A DNA stretch of 64,000 nt from Craspedostauros australis (taxonomy: Eukaryota), in NCBI GenBank assembly GCA_030167865.1, contig JALAGF010006552.1:1-64000 (forward strand), written 5' to 3'. Every line of letters begins with the position of its first letter. Position 1 is the first letter of the stretch. The notes beneath the pieces were generated by a model. The model was not told the DNA's origin. It saw only the letters and a program-made list of their open reading frames with translations, and did not search any database. Made by a program: the position numbers and the translations under genes. This document shows positions 24,712-38,376 of the stretch, piece by piece.

Positions 24712-25426
24712 ATGTGGCATGCTCGTACGTATCATATGAGTAGCGCATCATCGTGTCAATACGTACACCACTGCATGCGATCGCTCGAAGCACAACACGG
24801 GATAATGTTCCACTCTCCAATAGAGAAATGCACTACATATACCTCGATCACTTGGCCATCCTGGTGCGTATCATTGGTACTATACTACTTTCGAGAGCAC
24901 GAGCAGCACACGCTTGAAATCTCCGCATCCTCGTCCCACATCGTGCAATGTTTCTGGTTCCCCTCTGCGAGTTACGAGTTATGAGCTGCCCCGCCAGTAC
25001 GACTACATGGCACTCCATTGCTGCTTTTCTACAGCAAAGAAAAGGGACCCGGAGTTGTAGATACTCGCAAGTAAGGACTTTCTGAGTGCTATTGACACAA
25101 CTCTGGCTATCGCCAAAGGGTGTCACATCGTGTCGTCTCGATATATGACTCATGTCGTATAAGACATGAATGAGCGCAAACAGTGCCAGTTTCTCCTCTT
25201 CACAATTTCTGGCGGAGAAAACCAATCCCGTTTGGTGGCGAGAGATCGAACAAACACAACAACAACTCTCTTTCAACGCGCAAGTTCGTTGCTTCATCGC
25301 TTCGAGGATGGCCGCAACACTCCCACACAGATCTAATCAGACGATTGCTCTCTCTATCCGTGGAATACCATCCGAGTGGAGTACACACAAACAACAGACA
25401 CATACCAGTGTTACCATACGAGCACG

Positions 25427-26359
25427 ATGACAGTCAAGAACGAAGGTGTGGTGGACCGCATCATCGATGCTGCGTGCCTCGACAGCATGTGCGCATCGAA
25501 CTCCGTGGCAATCACGTCAGGCGATGAAATTGAATACGGTGCACGTGGGGGAACGACGACTCCAACAAGCAGGACTGCCGTGGCCTATCCGGTGAATGGA
25601 TCGGCGCCGGTGCAGAATGCCGTTTCGATAACAGGCAAGGAAGGGATGATGGAGGAAGGCCAGAGTCACAGCCCAGCAAACGCATGGAAACCACCTGCGA
25701 TGAATCCCAATTACAGAGAGAAGAAGACCAAGGTTGGCACGTCGAAAATGGATAGGAACAGAGCCGTTTCTCCTGGCGTGGTTGCAGTGACTTCAGCGGC
25801 ACCAGGGACCATCCCCCAACCAGCGATCACACCAAGTGGCCCAACGCAAGCGGTCGCCGTGACGGCTCCGGCATCGCCTGCCCCGGTGGCTGCGCAGCTC
25901 TCACCAGTTCCATTCATTCAGAACGCAAGGGTCGATGCTGCGCCAACCACAGCGATCGTTGCGTCATCCCCAAATCAAATCGTTCCGTACAATGCCACGC
26001 AAATCCAACCGCAGCAACAGCAGCAGCCACCATTTCAACAACAACAGAACCAGCAGCAACTGATGATTGTGCAACAGCAAAAGCCAATGAGCAACTTCGT
26101 GGACCCGAACGTCCCGCAGAAGTACCAGTTTGGACGAACCGTCGCAGGATGTGTCTGTCCACACTGCAAACGTCAGACCGTGACATCGGTGCGTGATCAT
26201 ATCGGCGTTGGTACCGTGGTTGCGATCATCATCATGGCCTTCATCTTCTTCCCCCTGTGCTGGCTGCCGCTGTGCATTCCCATGTGCAAGCGCACCTCTC
26301 ACTACTGCGGCCATGCGGAATGCGGGCAGAAGATCAATACGACGCCCGTGATGGCATAA
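25427..26359 (+). CDS. LITAF-domain (zinc ribbon, membrane hairpin) protein
   Basis: C-terminal CPHC...hydrophobic stretch...LCWLPLCIPMCKRTSHYCGHAEC, preceded by a Pro/Ala/Gln-rich region. Confidence 0.9.
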   Translation: MTVKNEGVVDRIIDAACLDSMCASNSVAITSGDEIEYGARGGTTTPTSRTAVAYPVNGSAPVQNAVSITGKEGMMEEGQSHSPANAWKPPAMNPNYREKKTKVGTSKMDRNRAVSPGVVAVTSAAPGTIPQPAITPSGPTQAVAVTAPASPAPVAAQLSPVPFIQNARVDAAPTTAIVASSPNQIVPYNATQIQPQQQQQPPFQQQQNQQQLMIVQQQKPMSNFVDPNVPQKYQFGRTVAGCVCPHCKRQTVTSVRDHIGVGTVVAIIIMAFIFFPLCWLPLCIPMCKRTSHYCGHAECGQKINTTPVMA

Positions 26360-26900
26360 TGCCCCCCGCATGCGGACGTGATCGCGGGCCGTGCTTGTTA
26401 TTACACCAAGGTCGTACTGAAGCGGATTGGTGATGATGGATGGGCTGTAGCAGATACCGGTGAAGAGTATTCAACTAGACCATAGTATTTTGGCGAACCT
26501 ACCCGTCTAAAGCACACGCACTCTTCATACATTCGGAAGAATGGATCTCTTCTAAAAGTTCTTCTAACTTTGCACTGCCATTATCGTAGTCCTACATTCT
26601 GCCATGATCATCGTCGTGCTTCGACTCATTTAAGTCTTGTCTCCTCGTTGCATACGATCGGCAACGTTTCGCTTCCGGTCCAGTTGATGTTTGTCACGAC
26701 AAGTGATCGCATTCGCTTCATCTGTTCCAAAAGTCCCATCATCAAAACCTCGATCGTTGCTCCTGCGCATTGACCATGCACCCGCCCATCCATCCATCTG
26801 TCCATCCATCGATGGGCGGATGGATGCATCTGCATCATCCCATCACGCGCCATCGGCATGGTCATCATAGTTGCCGCTGGTCGTTCAGTCAGTCAGACAG

Positions 26901-29900
26901 TCATTCAGTCAGGCTGTACATATCCGCCAGGTTCATGGTGGCGCGTTGCGGGAGTTGGACGCTGGTGTAAAACTTGGACTCTGTCCCTATCTCATCGCCG
27001 AACAGCTTCAGGTACCACGGATCGAATCGGATCCAATCCTTCACGTTCGATGCCTCGAAGCCCTTGCTGAAGATCTGGTTGGCATTCTCGCTGTGCGTCT
27101 CTGCGAGCTGCATGCGGCGGCATTCTTCTTCCAGCTTGGGATTGTCCAGGTGCTGGGCGACCTCCGCCCACAGCCCCCACACGAGGGCGTTGCTGCCGTT
27201 GGGCATGTTGTTCTCCTTGAGGCACAGTCCGATGCAGTGCTGGGAGAGATGGTACTTCTCAGTCTCGAAGTGCGCTTGTGCCATGGAGTAGAGGGTGTAG
27301 GCACGCAGCTTCTGCCCATCTTTGGCGTGGTCGTTGTTGTTGTTGTCGTCGAGCAGACGCAGGGTATGATCAAACAGCTTGAGGGCGCGAGGCATGTTGT
27401 CCAATCGCCATTCGCAGATGGCCCACGTATGATAGAGCTTGGCCAAGGAGAGGGAGGACGACGCGGATTGTTGCGATGCCTGCGTCAGCACGCGTGCTCC
27501 GCAAAAGAGAATGGATCGGGCCTCCGGGTAGTTGCTGTTCTGCATTTCGAATGCGGCGTAGGCTTGGAATGGATCCGCCGACTTGATGTATCCCGATGCT
27601 GCCTTGACGCAGGCCTCGTTGAACAGGAGCCGCGCTCGGTCCAGATTCGTGAGTGTGGCATGGTACTCTGCCCAGTCCAACATGACCCTGTGGTCCATTG
27701 GGAAGGCAGCTGTGGCACGAGCGTAGACGTTGTTGACCATCTCCAAGGAGCCGGACTGCTCCTCCAGCCGAGCCCAGTTGCGGTAGACACGGATGAACTT
27801 GTCGCCGGATCGGTAGGTTGGGATGGAACGCAGGAGAACGTTCTTGATGGCCAGGTATTCCGTCTCGGAGTTCTTGGAATCGCGGAGGGATGCGAAGGAG
27901 GATATCTTGGTGCGTCTGGCGGGTGGCTTGTTCTGTGCGTCTGGCGATCTCGACGATGGTCGCGAATTCGTGCGCAGACCGGCGGTTGCGGATTGCATCT
28001 TGTCGTTGTTGCGTTGGAAGCGTTTCTTGAAGTGCTGGTTCATCTCGATGAGGCTGAATTCGTACTGCGCGATGGCTTCCGCGGACACCGCTCTGGCTGC
28101 TTCGATATCGCCGATGGATTCCTCCATGTGCGCCAACGCGACCCATCCTTGCGCGTGACGACCGCCGTTCAAAGACACTGAGAGCCGTAGCCATCGTCGA
28201 CATTCCTCCATGTCGTTGCGCTCGTAGGCCACAGCAGCCAAGGCGCTGTAGGCGAAGGGGTGGGCCGTCTCTGGGCCATGCTTCAGGACATGGCGGTAGG
28301 AGCGTTCGGCATCGTCGAGCAACTTCGCTCCACGGTACACATCGCCCAGCGCGTGGCGCAGCCTGTGGTTGGTGGGGCAGTGCTGGATTCCCTTCTGCAG
28401 GATCTTGCCCGCCTTCGCAACGTGACCGCAGGAATACTCCAGCATGCCCAGCGCATGGTAGGAATGCGCCATCGTGGGATCAACTTCGATTGCCTTTCGG
28501 AAATATTCGCGCGCCGCTGCGTGCTCGTCGCCATCCTCTCCTTTGTTCGCACCTGTTGCCTTCCTCTTGTTGCTGTTTCTACCGTTTTGGATGCTGCCGT
28601 TGCTGGGACCATGCTTGAGTTCAAGCTGCCCCAGACCATGCCAGAGGAATGCATTGTCCGGCAATCTGCGTGTCGCCTGTTGCAGTATCTTCTTCGCTCC
28701 GAGGATATCTCCCTCCTCCGCCGACATTCTGGACAATCGTCTGTAGAGACGGCCGTCGTTGGGTGTGAGCTCTAGAAGATGGTTGAGGAGCTGCTTGGCC
28801 ATGACCCGCTCTCCGAGCTGATCCGCCTGCTTGGATGCCATATAGAGCTCCTTGACCCTCTCATTGGAGGAGTACGGCGACGAGGGTGCCTCCAGCGCCT
28901 GCGTCAACTTGAGGAGGTATTCCTTTTTGGCCTGCGTTGGATTGGTGGTTTTGTTTTCGCTTCTTGATTTGGAACGAGACTGGTGACGACCGCCGCCGCC
29001 GCTGCGTCGGTACTTGCCAGCATGAGTGCCAAAGCCTCCGCCCATTCTGCGTGCATCGTTGTCTTCATCGTAAGTGTCATCTTCCTCCTCGTCGTCGTCG
29101 TCGTCGTCGTCGTTATCATCTTTCTCGCTGTCTCCGGACACGCCATCCATGCGCCGCTGTCGAATCTTGCGGCGACGCCGTGTGAAGGAATCCAAATCCA
29201 CAGTTCTGGACCACTCCTGAAGCGAGTTGGGCGACGAGGATGACGTTTGTATGGGGATGGTGGTCGGTCTTTGCTTGATGTCGCGATCCACGGTGCGCGA
29301 GAATATGGAGGTGTCATGACCATTTGCGCTTGTGCTCGCATTTGAGTATGTGGAGTCTGGTCTGTTGCCAATGTTGTTGCCAATGGTGGTGGCAGCTGTG
29401 TCAAGATGGAATGGCTGAGGCTGGGATGCAGAATTGATTGTGATGGCATGGAACGATTCCGAAAGGAACTGGTTCGTTTGCTGTTGCTGCTTTTGCTGCA
29501 GCATCGTCCATTGCCACAGCGTGTGTCGGAGTTGATTGCGTGTGCCGGTCTGCTCTCATTGTCGTGTCAATCATCGTTCCACGTTCCACATATGCGTTCC
29601 ACGTTACGCATTTCATTTTGCATTTTGCAATCGATGATGCGAGAGTAAGGGAGAGGAGGTGATGGGTGAGATGTGATGAGGTGGTGGCGTGGTGCGAGTA
29701 GTGCCAATAAACTTCCCTCATCCAAGACTATTCTAGTACGCCTGAAGCAAGATGACACGTTGCATTGCAATGTGGTTGATGATGTGAGTGTGGGGAACGT
29801 ACCTTGTCCAATCCACGTTGGTCGCAAATGGCCCTCAATTCAGCCACCGCGCCGATGGACCATATCTGCGATTTGGTGGGCACCCATGGGAACCAAGATG

Positions 29901-30870
29901 GCGCTGCGTTGTCACGTGCCGATGCCCCTGCTCGTGAAGTGCTGTCTGTGTTCATGTTCATTTTGATGTTGACATCTACATTCGTGTCAGAGTCCATCTC
30001 GATGTTCCCGTTGGTGACCGAAAGACCGAAGCTGGTGATGTCGAATCCCAAAACGCCGGGTGTATTTTGGCGTTGGTGGTTGTGTTTGCGCTGACGTATC
30101 CTCTGTCGGATGGTTGGATTCTGGGATTGAGATGACGCGAGCGCCGCTGCTGACGACAGAGAGCGCGATGCCAGGAACATGGAGGCGTCATCTCGTTTCG
30201 TTGCGGCAGCGCGATTGGTAGCAGTTGTAGCAGTCGGTGTGGCGATTGCTGTGGATGCGATGGCACGTATAGGCAGCGCGAAATGGAAGTCGCTGGAGAC
30301 GGTGGACTTGCGCAGCGGTATTGAGATGGAAGTTCCCATGGACTTTGAGATGGCACTTGAGATGGAGCTTGAGATGGCACTTGAGATGGATGGAGAGGCT
30401 GACGCTGACGTGGGGATGGATCGCATCGTCATGAGTGGCTGCAGTTGGTGCTTCCGTTGGTACTTCTGTTGATAGTGCTTCTGTTGATTGTGCTGCTGAT
30501 GCTGCGCCGTCCGTGACATAGCCAAAGCAGAGGCTCCATCTCTCCTGCTCCCGCTCGCCAGCTGCTGATGCCGACAATGATAGCCAACTCGAGGCGATGC
30601 TTGAGAAGTGGGAATCGAGGCATCATGGGCTGCCGATGCTGGGATGAACGGCCGAGGTTGCAGGCTGGTGGTGAAGCCTTGTGTCTGATCGATGACTGCG
30701 GCCAACGCAACGAAGCACAGCAAGAATTGGAGCGGCGCTGGCGACGGGGATGACTGTGTTGCGCATCTCTGCGGTCGCCGTCTTCTTTCTGTTGTGGATG
30801 ATGATGCACCCATGTTGGCATTCGTGCTCATGCTCATGCTCATGGTGGTGACTACGGATGGGCGTTCCAT
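26901..30870 (-). CDS. Plastid-targeted HAT/TPR RNA-binding protein (Mbb1/HCF107-like) with a SAP motif; 2 exons
   Basis: Exons are 30870-29803 and 29549-26901, with a phase 0 intron. HAT repeats include PDNAFLWHGLGQLE, AHSYHALGMLE, AQGWVALAHMEE, YRNWARLEE and YHTWAICEW. A signal-like LQFLLCFVALAAVIDQTQG/FTT is followed by a Ser/Thr/Arg-rich region. Confidence 0.8.
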
Positions 30871-33646
30871 GGTCTGTCCAATTTATATTATATAAATGAT
30901 GCCTCTGCTGCTGCCACTGCCACTGTCAGAGTGCTGTTAGAGAGAACAGAGGTGAGCAGAGTGCGATCTTCGATCTATTCTACCACTATAATACGATCTG
31001 TTGGTCTTGCACCAACACTAGCCAATCTGTGTGGAATGCTCGTCTGCAGGAGTTTATGATCGACACGGAGCTTGTGCTTCTTCGTTCTTGGATGACGGCG
31101 ACAATCGCAATTCTTGCTTCTGTTGCGGATGGATCTTCCCCTGCCCACTGTTTGTTTGTTTGTTCTCCTCCTTCTGTCGCTTCTTGCGTTGCCTGTTGTA
31201 ACTGCTGTGACTGTTGTGGTGTGGGTTGTGTGGCTCGTGCGCCACGATCTGTGTCGAGGTTTTGCGCCCTCCCGTGTTGATGTTCGTTTTTGCAGATGGC
31301 ACACTGTCCTGGCTTTTCTTGTCCTGCCTTCGTCCCGCTTCTGTTCCGTTCAACCACCTTGCTTGCTTGTCTTGTCTTGCTTCTTTCCGTAGTGTACAGG
31401 CTACGCGCAGTCGTACCAGCGGCGCGTACTACTGCGAACCACCGCATCCATTCCACCACATCAGGCACTTTCTCGTTGTTCTGTTCGTTCGCAGAATTCG
31501 GCATCCCCAAAACCAATCAATCACTGGCAAGCATCTGTCACACACGCACACGACTCCGCAAATCCCAAACACGTGGGACAGAACACTCTCCACGCGACGA
31601 AATGGCCAGATGATGGTGGTCGTGAAGAAGAATCCACGTCACACGAATCATCGACTAGAATGACTCATTCACAGCACAAACACGTGAAAGTTGCTACTTC
31701 GTTTTCTCCACGCAACTGCAACAGTCGCGTTGATGCCAATCGTATTCATCAAGTCGAAGGGGTCGTTCACACGCTTTTTTCGGAGAGACTGAGACTGCGC
31801 CCAACAAGATGTCAACGATGTCGCACCAGTCACAGACGTGCCATTCTGTGTTCAGCACATTCTCTGCTCCAAAGTCGGCGAACCACAACCGAAACTCTTG
31901 TTGTCTGATTTTGCCGCACTTTTCAGTACGATACGTACCGTATATGATTAGTTTGATATACTATGCCAACCGAAGCAGGAGTACATTGGCTTTGAGACTA
32001 GACACCAACACACAGAGTTCGACCAGACTCTTGGTTTTGGAGTGGCGTGTGATGCCATTCGGCTGCCAAGATGTGGTCTTCGTGAATGAGCCAGCTGGTG
32101 CTTGCCTTGAACGTTTGCTGATGTGCCGTCGCTCGTACGAGACCATTCTTTTTCAACTGCATTGGCCACCCGTATCCAACCACTCCCAGTACTCGCACTC
32201 ACACTCGTACGCCACCAGTGAATGGGTTCTCCATGACTCATTTGAATTGGTCGCTTGCTTGGCCAACTATGAACTCGTGAAGCGATGATGAGCCGTGCAC
32301 TCTCCCAAGAGAGTTGATGCTGCCACATGGGGACGTCGTTCGTTGGTCTCGTTTCGGCTTGGAGGTTGGCGGAGTTTTGTGGTCCCGCCTCCACTCTCGT
32401 TTTCACACAAGGGCTCCGTTGTGGTTGGTGCGTTTGGCGTCCACCGATGGAAGTGAGGAGGCCAGCGCATGTACTGCTATACGAGCTGCGCATAACGTTG
32501 AGTGCTCTGTTATTCTGCTCTCCACCTACTCTGCTCTGCTCCACTCTCTGCTATACTCTGCTCTGTCTCCAACTTAATTGTGTTGTGGAAGAAGAAGTGT
32601 TGCGTGGGAATGAACTGTCCTTTTGCGCTGGTCCATTCGGTATTCGCTATGTTGCACACTTAGGAAAAGAAAGATGCGGAAACACTTAGTTCCACCGCCT
32701 TAAACCGCTTTGTCATGAACCGTGTCGCTGTTCACGGGGAACAAAATGCGGATTGACACAACGCTAAAATGTCGCTGGTCACGAAGTCGTCAAAAACTCT
32801 GTCTCACAACCGAAAACAGGATTGCTTTTCGGGTTGCGGCACGTCTTCTTCAAGCCATGTTGATAGTCTCTCTGTCCACACCAATAGCTCGCACTGTTAT
32901 TCGGACGTGTACGATGTTGGCGCGGTTTCGCGACCGACGCGCAAACGCTCCTTCGCTTTGTCGTCCAGCCGCAGAACCTTCACTGCTTCCGATTGCGCCT
33001 TGGAGCAACTCGGAGAGTATCAGCAGATCGTGCTCGTACGACTACCACACCCCAGCAAAACGGAACAAGCACGAGCAGCTTGCCAAGGCGTCCTTCCATA
33101 GTCGTACGTTTGGTTCGTCTCCCCAGTTCCAGAGCTCTCCGTGCATCACATTGCGGAACTGGTGCGATTCTGTCAGAACCATCATCATCAGCAACGACAG
33201 CATCGACAGTGTCAACACCAACAGAGAGGACTCTGGATTCGAATCAAGAACGCCGCCAACGGTCAAGAACATCTCGCGCTTGGTCAACTTCCGCAGCTTT
33301 GAGCGGTTGACGCAGCCAGCAGAGATACACCAACAGCAGCTCTTCCTTCTCTCCTCTGCACTCTCTGCTCACCATTGCCCTCTCTGCTCACCACTGCCGC
33401 CCTTCGCAGGTTCAGGAGCTTGACATCATACGTACCTTCAGTCAAGAGCAGAGAAAGTATAATACGATCATTGCGTGCATATCATACTATTATATGCTAT
33501 AATAGTGCTATATATTGTATTATATAGTATACACTATATAACACTATTGTCAGACGACCAATCACAAGAAGTTGAAGCTGCTATTCCCGCCCCCACTTCA
33601 TCAGCAACATCATCAACAACACAAAACGGCGTTGACGGCAACCATC

Positions 33647-35498
33647 ATGGGCGGCGACCTGGTGCTGTGGCAGTACGTCACGTTCATCGTGGCTGTCTCC
33701 ACATCCAGCACGCTCTCCATCATCGGATCAAGCACCATCATCTTCATGATTCTCAACGACTGCAACAAGGTCTACCATCGCATTATGCTCATGATCTCCA
33801 TCGGCGACTTGGTGCTCAGCACCTCCAACCTCGTCCATGGCTTCCTCCTGCCGGTGGACAAGACCGACAGCCCGCTCGCCATCGGCAACGACGGGACCTG
33901 CTCCGTCATGGGCTTCGTCCTCAACGCATCCCTGCTCTTCGTCTCCATCTACAGTGCCTTCATCTCCGTCAACTTCTACCTCCAGATCCGCCACCGATGG
34001 ACGGATGAGCAGGTGTCGAAGCGGCTGGAGTTCGTCGTGCATATCGTGGCATTCCTCATCAGCCTCTCGATACCGACCATCGGCGTGTTCACGCAGAGCA
34101 TGTCGCCTTCCTACGAAAGCGGCCTCTGCCTCATGACGACGTACCCGAGAGGTTGCACGGACGATGACACCCTGGAATGTGAACGAGGAGAATTTGGCGC
34201 CACCTACCTGGCCCCGACCGTCTCGGCCTTGATTTACGCATTCGGTTTGGCAGGCTTTTACTGCACGATCGCGCTCTACTGCAAGGTCCGCGGCGCCATC
34301 GCTGCCAACCAGCGACATCTCGATGCGGCATTTCAGGGCATCGACAAGCGGCAGCAGGAGCGCATGTCGAGGGTCTCCCGTCAGTGTTCGTTGTACGCAT
34401 TGTGAGTGGATGTGTCGCGATCTTGGACTCTCCTGTTTGTGCAGACAATCGTGATGATTTTGGTGGACATGATGTTGTATTCCGTCGCTGAGCCGCATAT
34501 GAGCATACTGCTATGGGTGTACATGCATGACTTGATGGCGTCATCGGGGTTTCGGCAGCACGGTTTCGACTTGGGAGAGCATGCGAATGGATGCACCGAT
34601 GTGCCATTCCTCAACCATGCTCCATGAGAATGCACGCGAGAGATCGCCTTTTCACCAATGCAGTGCCCCGCGACACCATCAATCGCATTTGCGCACCCTC
34701 TCACCCAATTCTGTTTCTTACCACGCTCCATGCAACATGGCACTCCGCAGAGCATATCTCAACACCATCCTGTGGCCAGCCGCCGTTCAGATCGTCTTTC
34801 GCGCCATCGATGCGGAAGGACGCCGAGGAGAACCTGGATTGTACATCTTGCGCTTGGCCGCGATGTTGTGCTTCCCATTGCAGGGCATGCTCAACTTCTT
34901 GGTCTTCATTTCGCCGAAGTACCAGCTCTGGCGTCAGGCCATGCCGTATGAGCCATGGACGTACGTGTTGCACTGTGCCATGAAGGAGTCCAATCCACCG
35001 ACCAGACCGCCCACGCACAACAATGAGAACACGACGAAGAATCGCTCCAGCAAACGCAAGAGCCCCCTGAGCGCGGAGGCCGCGCTGATACAGAACAGGA
35101 TACCAGTCTCCGTGATCAAGCAACTGCAGCGGCGGCAACGGCGGGATCAATTGGACGAAATTGTCACGCGGACCGATTCGGTGGTGCCTACATCGACCCT
35201 TCAGAGGAGTTGCCAGGATGACAATGATGACGACAATGATGACAACGATGATGACAATCATGATGACAACCATGATGCGCCGGCAAGTTGGAGTGCGAGG
35301 ACTACACCGGTTGGTGGCATCGTGAAGCTGCGCATAGTGCATGAGGCAGTGCCTTCCGACGATGGGCAGCATGGGACGAGGGACGAGTCCGATCTGTCCG
35401 ACGATTCCAGCGGGGCCATCGAGGATAATGATGACGACGTCGAGGATTCGGATGAGGAAGATTATTGCGTCTCGGGAGGAGTTCCCGACTGTGTTTGA
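33647..35498 (+). CDS. Diatom-type seven-transmembrane GPCR-like receptor; 2 exons
   Basis: Exons are 33647-34401 and 34751-35498. It has seven hydrophobic segments, YHRIMLMISIGD, IGNDGTCSVMGF, the loop YPRGC...CERG, TM7 FPLQGMLNFLVFISP and an acidic C-tail. Confidence 0.85.
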
Positions 35499-35967
35499 AG
35501 CAAAGCAAGCGAATGATCTTTATGTGGAATACCAATCGTGTACAGTACTAACAAATGTACTATTATGCAATATTGAACAAATATACGATTCGACCAGCAA
35601 CGATCCCAGATGTTGGAAAGTCGGGAGGTATTGTGTCACGACGCACGCACACATGCTTCTGCCTCGACTCGCATGTAGAGAGAGCAGTATTTCCGGAGCA
35701 TTGCATCATTTTCACGGAGGCACATTGTCGAGTGCACATCTGAGCAAAACATGAGTGTGCGTGTATCCACCATACTCGTCCGTATTATATGCACTCGTCG
35801 ACTGCAAAGTTGTGGATGTGCTGCCCCATTTAAATGATTAAAATACATGGTCTCTGGTGGGTCCTGCAATGATGCCGTGAGCGCTGAGTGGACGGCCTGC
35901 AAGCATCTGCGCCAGCCACGTGGACACTGGATAGTCCAGTTCAGTCTGTATGTGATACTGTAGAATC

Positions 35968-37276
35968 CTACGGTCGGCCAGGCGGTCCGGGCATCATACC
36001 CTGTTGTTGCTGTTGCTGCTGCTGCTGTTGTTGCTGCATCTGGAGATGCATCTGCTGCTGGCTCGGATCAAGTTCATCAAAGCTGGAGGGCATGTCCGAG
36101 GATGGTCCTCTGTAGATATCGCGCCAGTTCTGCGCGTGAACTTCGTCCAGGACGAGGGAGAAGCATGAGACGAGGGCATCCCTCTCCCTTGGCGAATTGG
36201 CCTCGAGGTCGAGCGATCCCTCCTTGGTGAGGAGCGAGAAGCAGAGGGCGTCGCTGACTGTGGCGTTCTCGACTCTTCGCAGGGCCGTCGTCTGCTTGCC
36301 GACATCGACGTACATGATGTGCGAGAGGGGTACCTGATGCAGCTTTCCCAGCTTTGGCTTGTCGATGCCGCTGGAGGTCTTCTTCCTCGTCTCCGTTCTC
36401 CATGTGACGGCGGATTCCGTGAGCTGCAGGCGCACGGTCTTTGGCTTGCCGCGCGATCCGTGCGCCACGATGAGGACGCCTGGCTCCCGCAGCTGCTGCA
36501 TGGCCGCCGAGATGACGATCTCCTCGTTCTGCTGCATCTCCTGGTTGGGAGCGGATCCCGATTGGAGGCTTCCGGGTTGCACGCCCGGCGGGCCCATCAT
36601 CTGTCCTGGCCCCGCGACCCCCAGGCCGGCCTGGTGATGCTGGTGCTGTTGGTTGGCACCCGAGAAGATGACCTGCTCCTCATCGATTCTGGTGGGTGGG
36701 ATGTATCCCGCCTGTCCCATCGTGCCAGGCGGTGGCATTGCGTTGGGGTGCATCTGCCTCTGCGGAGCCGGCATCATGGAACCGGTTCCCGTTGTGCCCG
36801 TCGCGATGGTTGATGATTGTATCGATCCGTCCAGTGACTGCAGATTTGAGCAATGTTAGCGTGTTGATCATTGTCGGTATCGGATGGGATGTGATGGGAT
36901 ATGGAGAGAAAGAAGGCGTGAGATGTGGTCATGGTGCAACGCAATGCAGTGCCAATGAAGTACCAATGAGGCATCAACCAATAGTAGCAGTAGCAGCACA
37001 GCAGTAGCAGCAATGACATGACCAACCATTCAACAAAGACACACACACACCATCAGACAAAGTGAAAGGATGAAGCACATAACTTACACCGCCGCCATAT
37101 CGTCTGAGACTCCTGGATCGTGCCGACCAGGCATGGCGCTTGGGGTAGGCTCCGAAGTACTGCTTGCGCATCGCTCTTGGCAGGAGAAGGTACAAGACGA
37201 AGCAGAGCAGGCATCCGAAGATGGAGACTGTGAAGTAAAGAGGATCGACCCCCAAAGGTCCCGTCGGTCGGCCCAT
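35968..37276 (-). CDS. N-terminally membrane-anchored protein with PLC-type PH-like domain and poly-Q tail; 2 exons
   Basis: Exons are 37276-37088 and 36837-35968 (phase 0). TM: LYFTVSIFGCLLCFVLYLLLP. PH-like: HGSRGKPKTVRLQL...IMYVDVGKQTTALRR...CFSLLTKEGSLDLEANSPRERDALVSCF. Confidence 0.75.
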
Positions 37277-37282
37277 CTTGCT

Positions 37283-37310
37283 GTTGCTTCTGATGCTTCT
37301 GCTTCTGCTT

Positions 37311-37340
<30 letters not shown>
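37283..37340. repeat. Interrupted CTG/CAG trinucleotide microsatellite immediately upstream of the TM-PH start codon
   Basis: The GCT/TCT triplet run is directly visible. Confidence 0.9.
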
Positions 37341-37359
<19 letters not shown>

Positions 37360-38376
37360 TGTTGGTCGAATGTGATGGATGCGATAGATGCGATGGATCA
37401 GGTTGGTCTCAACGCAACTCCAATCAACCGAATGGAGATCAACTGAGTGACGATCGGTTCAATTGGGGTTGTCCGAGGATGCTGGTTTGCTTTGTCTTTG
37501 TCTCCGATTGCTTTCCGTTCTCCCTTGACTTGGTTTGCTTTGGTTTGTCTCTTGACATGCCGAGACGACACACGTCAATACAAGACAATACAAGTCAGTA
37601 ATATACAAGACGACACAAGTCAATGCAAGTCAATGCATGTCAAGCAAAGAGCACAAGACCAAGACAGAGAAGCGAAAGAAAACACGCCAAGAAGGAAAAA
37701 AGAGGTGAACAACGACGCATTCTTGGCAACCACGACAAGGCGATGTTATTCGGCAAAAACAAGGGCGAAGTCAATCTCGGCAAATTCAAATGCTTGTTAC
37801 TGCGCACTGTGTCGCGTACACACCCACACGATCGAAGGGAAACGGTCTGACGTTCTGTGCGACATGCTGCGACCATTCTCAACGTGACGAACCATCCCTC
37901 AGAAACGCCAAAATAACGTCCGACAATTCTGTTCATTTCGATATTCATCTTTGAATAAAATGAAATGATGGTGTTCGTTGGAACCGAAGGTGTCGCCAAA
38001 TTACACGCACAAAGTCTGCGAGACTGCGTGTCGCTTTGGACAAATCCACGTGTCTTGCACACGTAAGCACGCCCAGACAGATTCTCCGCTACTTCTGGCA
38101 ACATGGTGGGAAGAGACCACGAACGGCAAAACCTTCGCGCCAACGTGGGAGGCAACGAATCGTCCACTCCTTGCGAGCATTGCCGATGCGCATTGAGGCA
38201 TCGACATTCGCAACCGAGGATTGGCAGCATCCACCACCCATCATTGTCACCACAACACCCAAGCCAACCCCCACGAGACCGAACTGCTTCGCTCCGTATC
38301 GTTCCGTTCGATAACAACACCAGCACTGCGCTTCTCCTTCTTCTACGTTACGCAACAGCAAATACCCTATCTCAAC

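Noticed and set aside
19539..26359. STAND plus LITAF as a fungal-style NLR/effector pair sharing an amyloid motif
   Set aside because: Both have Q-rich tracts but no shared specific motif, and poly-Q occurs in many proteins in this window.
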